Source: Saprospiraceae bacterium
Lineage (GTDB): Bacteria > Bacteroidota > Bacteroidia > Chitinophagales > Saprospiraceae
Length of the DNA stretch: 25,282 nt
Direction: 5' to 3'
Assembly: GCA_023300255.1 (NCBI GenBank)
Contig: JALZWC010000121.1
Location: 1 to 25,282 of the forward strand
The notes under the pieces are model-generated. The model was not told the DNA's origin and made no database searches. It saw nothing but the letters and a program-made list of their open reading frames with translations. The translations under genes were made by a program, and so were the position numbers. This document shows, in pieces, positions 18,281-25,282 of this stretch (its first letter is position 1; each line of letters opens with the position of its first letter).

Positions 18281-21200
18281 TTAAAACAAAACCGCCTTCT
18301 TATTCAAAACAACCTCCACCATACCCCCACCCATCGGATAGTTAATAAAACAGCGAACTCGACCATCTCCGAAAATAGTAGCAATACTTTCGGCAGCTAG
18401 ATAAAGCCAAGTAGATAAAGCGAGCGCTTTATTTTTCCATTGCTTACTGTCACCAGTGAAACCACTATTTTGTATAATCACCCATCCTTTGTCTGTCTCC
18501 AAAACTAGATCCACTATTTTATCAAATAATCGCCCTTTGTGGTGGTGACGAATTGGATATTTTTTAAAAATCTTAGTCGGCTGAAATTCTTTGTCTAAGT
18601 AATCTAAATACCTTTCCGTATGATCCACTAAAAGTTGGTACTCCAGTAGCTCTTCTACTCCATATCTTTCTAATAAATCCTTTGCTATGTTTTCTCGATC
18701 TTGTCTCTCCATATCCTTACTATCTGCGGTAAGAAAGGCTTTAATAGCTTTTGCTAACACATAGTCTCGACCTTCCTCAGCAGGAATAATAGCTTTACCG
18801 TATTGACGAATTTTCGATGGTCTTGGCGCAATCTCTGTCGGATAACTTTCTCGTTCTACATCTATTTCATAAGGAATAAAAACGCCCTTCCCTCGCCGTT
18901 CTGTAAGAAAAGTGATTTCAGGTATTGCTAGTTCAGAGGTAGTAAAATCTCTAGGAAAAGGAGTCGTGTTTGTTTCTTTTAATAAAATTTGGTCATTCCA
19001 AACCCAAGGCGATTCATCCGTAAAATGATCTAAAGTTGGCACCGATTCATCTCCTTTATGCCATACTCGATTCAGCCATTTGGTTGGTACGCCTCTAGTT
19101 GGAAATACTAAGTAATCTCTAGCTCTTGTGACCCCTACATATAAGACCCTCGCTTCTTCTGCTAAAGCATTTGCTTGGGCTTGAACTTTTACCTTGCTGG
19201 AATTTAAACGTTCTTCTAGATTGGTTCCTCCAATTTGGTCGGAGTATGGATTAACCCAATAGCGCAACCAACGATTTCCGAGGATGTTATTTAAATCTAC
19301 TTCCTTTGTTTCTGCGACGATCGCTGTTCCCCAGACGTTATCTCTTAATTTGCCTTCCAAGGAATGGCAGACTACTATAGGCCACTCTAATCCTTTACTT
19401 TTATGATAAGTCATTACATTAACAGAATCCGCTCCAGCTCCTGAGCTTTGCAAATCTGCCTTATTGTAATCCATTTCATTAAGCCAAAGTAAGAAGCCTC
19501 CTAAGGTCGCTGCAGAATGTAATCTATTACAGGCATCTTCGTATTTTAAAGCCAATTTTCTAAGCTCGTCAATATTAGCTAATCGCTGTTCTTTATTCCC
19601 CCAAGTAGAGATGATCCGTCGTAGATCTAATTCGTCTAGTACTAGATTTATAATTTCGGAAGAGGATAGTTCTTTTACTTGATCTCTTAATTCTAATAGC
19701 TGTTTGACATATGGATTATCTTGCCCCCATCTCCACTCTTGAGTAGCTTCTTTTTCTACTTCTTTTAAAAATTCTAAACGTTCATCAACGATTGTGGCTA
19801 AGGCTTGCCCGGAAGCTAGTTTTAAAATTTCTGCTACAGATAAAGGATCCTTTTTACTAACAATAAATTTTAGACACGCCAGTACTAATTTTGATTCGGT
19901 CCGCTGCAATAAGCCATTCCTAGAGATCGCTGCCTTCAATCCAGCTCGATGCAACGCTTCTGCCATTTCTCCACAAGCTATATTAGAACGACAAAGAATA
20001 GCGACATCTCCTGGGCGAGCTAATCGGGGTTCTGCCTCTTCTTTTGGAAAAACCAAAGCACCTTCTGCTAACATGTTTTTAATAGCCGTAGCTATACTAT
20101 TTTCCATCCAAGGTTTACCTGGAGCTCTTCCTTTTCCATCATACTCAAAATGCCAATGCTGTAGAGGCTTTTTTAAGAATTTTAATTCCTCTTGATCCTT
20201 TACTAAAATTTTTAAGGTTTCCTCTGTTCGCTTAGGACTTAGTGCGACTTGTTCTTTAGGTAAATTATCAAAAGCTTTGGTAAAAAGTCCGTTGGTAGCA
20301 TGAACGACTCCCGTTCTAGATCGCCAAGAAAATTCTTGAATATCCTCTTCTTTCACGCCACCTGTTTGTTCTATGATGGCTTGCATCAATGCGGGGTCTG
20401 CCCCTCTAAAGCCGTAGATGGATTGTTTCGGATCACCTACCCATATAGAATGTTTAGCAAACTGAGATAACTTTAAAAATATTTCTAATTGAATAGGACT
20501 GGTATCCTGAAATTCATCTACCATTAAGAGGTCTAGTTCCTCTTTCAAGACCATTTGCACCTGCTTGTTTTCCAATAACCTTTTGACATGTAATTCCATG
20601 TCAATATAATCAATAAGCCCTCGACGTTTTTTATAAGAATCGTACTCTTCTATTGCCTCAATAGCAATATCAAAGATAGTATCAATAAAGGCTTTTATAT
20701 CTTCTTGAAATTCAGGCATAGACTCATGCACTCTAGCTAACTCCTGTAATTCAAAAATAGCATCTTTACTTTTTGCGCCTACTTTTATTTTGCTAATTTT
20801 CACCCATTCATACCACTCTAGTCCATTTCCTAAATTTAGTTTACGTTGTATTTTTTTAAGATCGTCTCCTCCCTTTTCTGTCACCTTCGTACTATCTTCG
20901 TTTCCTTCTAATGTTAAAATTGTTGCTTGTAATGTTCTTTTCAAATCATCCGTTAAGCCCTGAAAAGTTTTACCCGTTTTCTTTCCTAAATATTGTTTGA
21001 AGGACTTGAAAGACTCTTCTTTACTTTTTTGTAAAACTTCCAAAGAGAAATCATTAGAACGAGCGATATCTGTAACATTCTTTACTTCTTTTCTCCAATC
21101 ATAAGGCCCTCTTTTATTTAAGCCTAGCTTAGTGCTTAGCTCTTCCATTTGTGCCATCCGATTAGCCGTCAATACCGTCGTCAAAGATTGATTGAATAAC

Positions 21201-21538
21201 AGTTGGTGATCTTCATCTGCTATAATATCTACCTGAGGAGATACGCCTGCCTCAAAAGCAAACCGCTTTAGTAACTGGACACCTAATCCATGTACCGTTC
21301 CAATCATCGCATTCGTCAATTGGTCTGCTTCATCAGATAGCTGTTGTTCTAATAATTTCACCCGAACTCGTTCTTGTAATTCTGCTGCTGCTTTTTTAGT
21401 AAAGGTAGTTGCTATAATTCCACTAGCTCGAACGCCTCCTTTTAATAAAGCGACCATCTCTTCTGTTAGTCGATAAGTTTTACCACTTCCTGCTCCTGCG
21501 GAAATGATCTTGATATTTTGGAAAGAAGTGTTTGTCAT
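18281..21538 (-). CDS. UvrD/AddA-like superfamily 1 helicase with degenerate C-terminal PD-(D/E)XK-like domain
   Basis: SAGAGSGKT, TFTKKAA, VDEFQD, VGDPKQSIYGFRGAD, SWRS, TYHKSKGLEW and YVGVTRAR motifs. Confidence 0.88.
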   Translation of the reverse strand: MTNTSFQNIKIISAGAGSGKTYRLTEEMVALLKGGVRASGIIATTFTKKAAAELQERVRVKLLEQQLSDEADQLTNAMIGTVHGLGVQLLKRFAFEAGVSPQVDIIADEDHQLLFNQSLTTVLTANRMAQMEELSTKLGLNKRGPYDWRKEVKNVTDIARSNDFSLEVLQKSKEESFKSFKQYLGKKTGKTFQGLTDDLKRTLQATILTLEGNEDSTKVTEKGGDDLKKIQRKLNLGNGLEWYEWVKISKIKVGAKSKDAIFELQELARVHESMPEFQEDIKAFIDTIFDIAIEAIEEYDSYKKRRGLIDYIDMELHVKRLLENKQVQMVLKEELDLLMVDEFQDTSPIQLEIFLKLSQFAKHSIWVGDPKQSIYGFRGADPALMQAIIEQTGGVKEEDIQEFSWRSRTGVVHATNGLFTKAFDNLPKEQVALSPKRTEETLKILVKDQEELKFLKKPLQHWHFEYDGKGRAPGKPWMENSIATAIKNMLAEGALVFPKEEAEPRLARPGDVAILCRSNIACGEMAEALHRAGLKAAISRNGLLQRTESKLVLACLKFIVSKKDPLSVAEILKLASGQALATIVDERLEFLKEVEKEATQEWRWGQDNPYVKQLLELRDQVKELSSSEIINLVLDELDLRRIISTWGNKEQRLANIDELRKLALKYEDACNRLHSAATLGGFLLWLNEMDYNKADLQSSGAGADSVNVMTYHKSKGLEWPIVVCHSLEGKLRDNVWGTAIVAETKEVDLNNILGNRWLRYWVNPYSDQIGGTNLEERLNSSKVKVQAQANALAEEARVLYVGVTRARDYLVFPTRGVPTKWLNRVWHKGDESVPTLDHFTDESPWVWNDQILLKETNTTPFPRDFTTSELAIPEITFLTERRGKGVFIPYEIDVERESYPTEIAPRPSKIRQYGKAIIPAEEGRDYVLAKAIKAFLTADSKDMERQDRENIAKDLLERYGVEELLEYQLLVDHTERYLDYLDKEFQPTKIFKKYPIRHHHKGRLFDKIVDLVLETDKGWVIIQNSGFTGDSKQWKNKALALSTWLYLAAESIATIFGDGRVRCFINYPMGGGMVEVVLNKKAVLF

Positions 21539-21644
21539 TTTTTGATATTATTAAGTAGTTAGGACTAGCTAACTGGCTTAGATGCTGTTCACGAGATACT
21601 AAGAGTTATGTTGGCGCAAGAATCTTCTCTTCGACTTGTTCTGT

Positions 21645-21756
21645 ATTGGCTTACGCCAATATTCAGTTTTTTAACGCAGAGACGCAGAGTTGCAGAGCAT
21701 ATTTGACTCTGCAACTCTGCGCCTCTGCGTTCAAATTATTATTGGCGATAGCCAAT
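21645..21756. repeat. Palindromic element family B with outer ATTGGC-N4-GCCAAT mini-hairpins, copy 2
   Basis: Core 21671-21734: ttaacgcagag-acgcagag-ttgcagag ... ctctgcaa-ctctgcgc-ctctgcgttcaa. Flanks attggcttacgccaat and attggcgatagccaat. Confidence 0.85.
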
Positions 21757-21814
21757 GCTAAATAATCACTCTCTAGTTGAAAAAACATCAATTGATTTGT
21801 AATCAAATAAGTTG

Positions 21815-21846
21815 CAAACTTACATAATAAACGCAAAATATTCAAA
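21815..21846 (-). promoter_or_regulatory. Promoter of the helicase gene
   Basis: TTTG (21846-21843), 20-nt spacer, TAAGTTTG (21822-21815). Confidence 0.6.
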
Positions 21847-21978
21847 TCACAATTAATATCTACTTATCAATGTGAGTACTTTTTAGCCCAAAAACAGACC
21901 CACTAAAATTCCTGTGCGAAAATTTAACTGTTTATCAATGAGTTATGAATTATGATTTAAAAATTTCTTTCAAATTTA

Positions 21979-22010
21979 CTTGCTTTAACTTTAAAAGTCC
22001 CCTACCTTTG
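21979..22010 (+). promoter_or_regulatory. Promoter of the rplM-rpsI-rpsB-tsf operon
   Basis: TTG (21980-21982), 20-nt spacer, TACCTTTG (22003-22010). Confidence 0.7.
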
Positions 22011-22101
22011 CGCTTCCTTTTGAAAAAGGTTTTTTATCAATGAATAAGAAGGTGTTTTCATCTAAATAAGATCAAAACACTTCTATTAAAGATTAATTAT
22101 C

Positions 22102-22545
22102 GTGGATACATTAAGTTATAAGACGAAATCAGAGAATCAAGCCTCTGTTGTACGAAAATGGTACATCGTAGATGCAGATGGAGAAATAGTAGGTCGTTTG
22201 GCTTCTAAAATTGCTACTGTACTAAGAGGTAAGCATAAGCCATCTTATACACCTCACTTTGATGCTGGAGATAATGTGATCATTATCAATGCAGAAAAAG
22301 TACGTTTTACTGGTGCTAAGTGGGCTCAGAAAGAATACATTTCTTATTCTTTATACCCTGGTGGACAGAAAAAAGTAAAAGCTAAAGAAATGGCAGCAAA
22401 GAAGCCTCGCTTCGTCATTGAAAAAGCAATTAAAGGAATGTTACCTAAGAATAAATTAGGTAGAGCGCAATTCAAAAAATTATTTGTGTATGAAGGTGGT
22501 GAACATCCTCACTTTGCACAAAAGCCAGAAGCATTTAAATTTTAA
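22102..22545 (+). CDS. rplM: 50S ribosomal protein L13
   Basis: WYIVDA, LRGKHKP.YTPH.D.GD, KGMLPKN; GTG start. Confidence 0.97.
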   Translation: MDTLSYKTKSENQASVVRKWYIVDADGEIVGRLASKIATVLRGKHKPSYTPHFDAGDNVIIINAEKVRFTGAKWAQKEYISYSLYPGGQKKVKAKEMAAKKPRFVIEKAIKGMLPKNKLGRAQFKKLFVYEGGEHPHFAQKPEAFKF

Positions 22546-22557
22546 AAAAAAATTAGG

Positions 22558-22640
22558 AGGAGTCAGTAATCAGGAGTCAGGAGTCAGGCAAAGCACACTA
22601 GATATTTTGCCTGACTCTTGACTCCTCGCACCTGACCCCT
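22558..22640. repeat. Heptamer-register palindrome (AGGAGTC x5 / GACTCCT x5) in the rplM-rpsI spacer
   Basis: aggagtc-agtaatc-aggagtc-aggagtc-aggcaaa, 13-nt loop, tttgcct-gactctt-gactcct-cgcacct-gacccct. Confidence 0.85.
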
Positions 22641-22658
22641 TAAAATAAAATAGTAAAT

Positions 22659-23045
22659 ATGGAAACGATTAATGCGATAGGAAGAAGAAAAGCTTCAGTT
22701 GCAAGAGTTTACCTTAGCAAGGGAGACGGCCAAGTACTAATCAATGGCAAGCAACTAAAGGAATACTTTCCTCAAATACACATCCAAGATTCTGTTGTAG
22801 ATCCGTTTAAAATAGTAGAAGCTGAAAAGTTATATGATATTAAGGTGAATGTAAAAGGAGGTGGTTTTAAAGGACAAGCAGAAGCAACTAGAATGGGCAT
22901 TGCTAGAGCTTTAGTAAAACTAAATGAAGAATTTAGAAGTCCGTTAAAGGCTAAGAAATACTTAACTAGAGATGCAAGAGTAGTGGAGCGTAAGAAGTAT
23001 GGTAAGCCGAAGGCAAGAAAGAGCTTCCAGTTCTCTAAGCGTTAA
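22659..23045 (+). CDS. rpsI: 30S ribosomal protein S9
   Basis: GRRK..VARV, V.GGG..GQA, LTRD.R.VERKKYG, C-terminal QFSKR. Confidence 0.97.
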   Translation: METINAIGRRKASVARVYLSKGDGQVLINGKQLKEYFPQIHIQDSVVDPFKIVEAEKLYDIKVNVKGGGFKGQAEATRMGIARALVKLNEEFRSPLKAKKYLTRDARVVERKKYGKPKARKSFQFSKR

Positions 23046-23138
23046 AACTTATTGTTACGCTGTTTTTATTGGGAGCTATTCCCTTTTGGAAACCGTGGAA
23101 CAATTTCATTCATTTAAAAATCATTCAATTTATATATA

Positions 23139-23879
23139 ATGACGACACCGAGCTATAAAGACTTATTAGATGCAGGGGTGCATTTTGGACACTTGAAAAG
23201 AAAATGGAATCCTAAGATGACGCCATATATTTTTATGGAGCGTAAAGGAATTCATGTAATAGATATCAACCGAACTATCGAATGTATGGAAGCTGCCGGT
23301 AAGGCAATGAAGTCTATCGCTAAGTCAGGTAAGAAGATTATGTTTGTTGCCACTAAGAAGCAAGCAAAATTTTTAGCGCAAGAAGCAGCTGAGTCTGTAG
23401 GTATGCCTTTTGTTACGGAAAGATGGTTAGGAGGGATGATGACGAATTTTTCAACAATTCGTAAGTCTATCAAGAAAATGCAGGGGATTGATCGTTTGTT
23501 AGCAGATCCAAATTTAAGTGTAACGAAGAAGGAGAAGTTGACAATGACAAGAGAGCGGGATAAGATGCATAAGATTTTAGGAGGTATTGCTAACTTGAAT
23601 AGATTACCATCTGCAGTTTTTATCGTAGATATTCACCACGAGCATATTGCAGTTGAAGAATCTCACAAATTAGGCCTGAAGACATTTGGTATCGTAGATA
23701 CTAACTCTGACCCTAATTTAGTAGACTTTCCAATTCCTGCAAATGATGACGCTTCTAAATCTGTTAAATTAATTACAGACTATATCGTAGGCTGTATTAA
23801 GGAAGGATTAGCAGAGCGTACTCCAAAAGGAGGAGATAAGAAAGCTGTTGTTGGTAAAGGTGCAGTCACTAAGGCTTAA
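23139..23879 (+). CDS. rpsB: 30S ribosomal protein S2
   Basis: AGVHFGH...WNPKM, RWLGG..TN, VDTNSDP, IPANDDA. Confidence 0.97.
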   Translation: MTTPSYKDLLDAGVHFGHLKRKWNPKMTPYIFMERKGIHVIDINRTIECMEAAGKAMKSIAKSGKKIMFVATKKQAKFLAQEAAESVGMPFVTERWLGGMMTNFSTIRKSIKKMQGIDRLLADPNLSVTKKEKLTMTRERDKMHKILGGIANLNRLPSAVFIVDIHHEHIAVEESHKLGLKTFGIVDTNSDPNLVDFPIPANDDASKSVKLITDYIVGCIKEGLAERTPKGGDKKAVVGKGAVTKA

Positions 23880-23894
23880 AAACAGCTTAGTAGT

Positions 23895-24015
23895 GGGACA
23901 AAATAAATTTACCAATTCTTTAAGCTTTCAATTTAAAATACCAAAAACCTCCCTATGGTCGGTTGTTTGTCATCTTAAATTAAAATCAAATTGGTAAATC
24001 TATTTTTTACGTCCC
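23895..24015. repeat. Long imperfect palindrome in the rpsB-tsf spacer
   Basis: gggac-aaaataaatttaccaatt pairs with aattggtaaatctatttt...gtccc (17 of 18 in the core); inner tttcaatttaa/ttaaattaaaa. Confidence 0.65.
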
Positions 24016-24138
24016 TTAAGCAAGAAGATTAAAAAAAATACTCGTTGCGATCAACAATTTGGTTTTAAAAACCGTAAAGAATCAGCGACAGTATTTTTAT
24101 TCTAACTCATTTTATTAAACTAAAAAATATAATCAGCC

Positions 24139-24984
24139 ATGGGTAGTATTTCTGCAAAGGATGTGAAAAAATTGCGTGATTTGACGGGCGCAGGCATGAT
24201 GGATTGTAAAAAAGCATTAGCTGAATCTGACGGTGATGTAGAAAAGGCAATTGAATTCTTACGTAAGAGAGGCCAAAAATTGGCTGGTAAGAGAGCAGAT
24301 AGAGAAGCTAAAGAAGGCGTTGTAATGGCGAAGACTTCTTCTGACAGAAATAACGGTGTATTGATTCGTTTAAGCTGTGAAACAGATTTCGTTGCTAAGA
24401 CGGAAAGCTTTGTAGCTTTAGCGGATAGTATAGCAGAAATTGCCTTGACAAACCTTCCGAGCTCTTTAGATGATTTATTAGCATTGCCTTTCGATAAGGA
24501 ATTATCAGTTGGTAAAAAGGTTGAAGAGCAAGTAGGTGTCATCGGAGAGAAGCTAGAAGTGAATAAGTACGAAAAAATCGAAACTAAGGCTGGTGAGGGT
24601 CAAGTGATTCCTTACATCCACGCTGGTTACCGTGCAGGCGTATTAGCTTCTTTGAATTTAGAAGGTCCACAATTTGTCGATTCAGGAAAAGACGTAGCAA
24701 TGCAAATTGCAGCGATGAGACCTGTTGCTTTAGACAAAGACGGCGTAGATTCTGATACAATCGCGAAAGAGATTGAAATTGGTAAAGAGCAAGCTAGACA
24801 AGAAGGTAAGCCAGAAGCGATTCTTGAGAAAATTGCAGCAGGTAAATTGAATAAATTCTTCAAAGAAAGAACTTTATTGAATCAAATGTTTGTAAAAGAT
24901 AATAAGAAGACAATTACTCAATACTTACAAAGTGTTGATAAAGACCTTACTGTTACAGCCTTTAAGCATGTTGAATTAGGTTAA
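24139..24984 (+). CDS. tsf: Translation elongation factor Ts
   Basis: VKKLR..TGAGMMDCKKAL, CETDFVA, QIAAM.P, GKLNKFFKE..LL.Q.FVKD. Confidence 0.97.
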   Translation: MGSISAKDVKKLRDLTGAGMMDCKKALAESDGDVEKAIEFLRKRGQKLAGKRADREAKEGVVMAKTSSDRNNGVLIRLSCETDFVAKTESFVALADSIAEIALTNLPSSLDDLLALPFDKELSVGKKVEEQVGVIGEKLEVNKYEKIETKAGEGQVIPYIHAGYRAGVLASLNLEGPQFVDSGKDVAMQIAAMRPVALDKDGVDSDTIAKEIEIGKEQARQEGKPEAILEKIAAGKLNKFFKERTLLNQMFVKDNKKTITQYLQSVDKDLTVTAFKHVELG

Positions 24985-24999
24985 TACATGCTATTCTAT

Positions 25000-25042
25000 A
25001 AAAAAAAGCGAATTATTCTTTTGAGTAATTCGCTTTTTTTTT
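25000..25042 (+). terminator. Intrinsic terminator after tsf
   Basis: Stem gcgaattattc/gagtaattcgc with a tttt loop, followed by a 9-T run. Confidence 0.85.
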
Positions 25043-25221
25043 GGCTATGGTTTAAATTGACCCTGGATTGTTGATTGAATTAAGACAACTATTCTCTCGA
25101 TAATTCAAATTTAGTTAATTCCTATTCACCATTTAAAGAATAAAATAGCGTTTTTTTTAGAAAAATCCTATTGCATTCTTAGACAAAGTGTAAGAATAAA
25201 TTGGTCGTTTTAAGCTAGACA

Positions 25222-25282
25222 TTTTTTCTTCTAAGGAATGCTAAAAAATTAAGCATAGCTGGGCTACGGTTCCTTTTTTAGG
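25222..25282. repeat. Partial dispersed repeat (same family as 1-69, inverted) at the right window edge
   Basis: gcatagctgggctacgg (25253-25269) is the reverse complement of 22-38 with one mismatch; similarity continues through the preceding ~30 nt. Confidence 0.7.

Noticed and set aside
15191-21538. Calling ATPase + TOPRIM + UvrD a Gabija system
   Set aside because: The helicase is convergent, 1085 aa, AddA-like and has its own promoter; Gabija has a fused ATPase-TOPRIM GajA co-transcribed with a shorter GajB.
21663-21845. 60-aa ORF upstream of the helicase
   Set aside because: It spans the promoter and palindrome B2; spurious.
1697-24863. Other short ORFs opposite or inside major genes (e.g. 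1697, 3154, 5474, 6257, 6692, 7828, 8451, 8627, 9110, 11086, 11162, 11343, 14397, 14460, 17469, 19794, 23252, 24120, 24627)
   Set aside because: Shadow ORFs overlapping well-supported genes, with no recognisable motifs.

Overview
AT-rich Bacteroidota genomic segment; the phylum is inferred from TAnnTTTG/TTTG promoters, the birA/rsfS-ftsH arrangement and rplM-rpsI-rpsB-tsf linkage. Most genes are housekeeping: argB-argE, a peptidase-containing ABC exporter, a long RluA-type pseudouridine synthase, lysS, a lipoprotein FKBP, ftsH, rsfS, birA, an EamA transporter, an AddA-like helicase, rplM, rpsI, rpsB and tsf. Three things stand out. (1) An AT-richer accessory islet (about 14980-18231) carries a decayed XRE-type HTH gene, a ParB/Srx-like domain fused to an ABC-class ATPase, and a TOPRIM-motif partner. 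It is a candidate defence system that I cannot match to a named one. (2) Nearly every intergenic spacer, including rplM-rpsI and rpsB-tsf, holds a long palindrome, most of them built of 7-9 nt tandem units from several families. Both window ends stop inside copies of a further repeat. (3) Several core proteins have oddities: LysS has an insertion of about 85 aa containing a helix-hairpin-helix motif, the AddA-like helicase has an apparently dead nuclease domain and no adjacent AddB, and the C39 exporter is an orphan with Asn in place of the triad Asp. All family assignments come from motif reading by eye; no searches were run.
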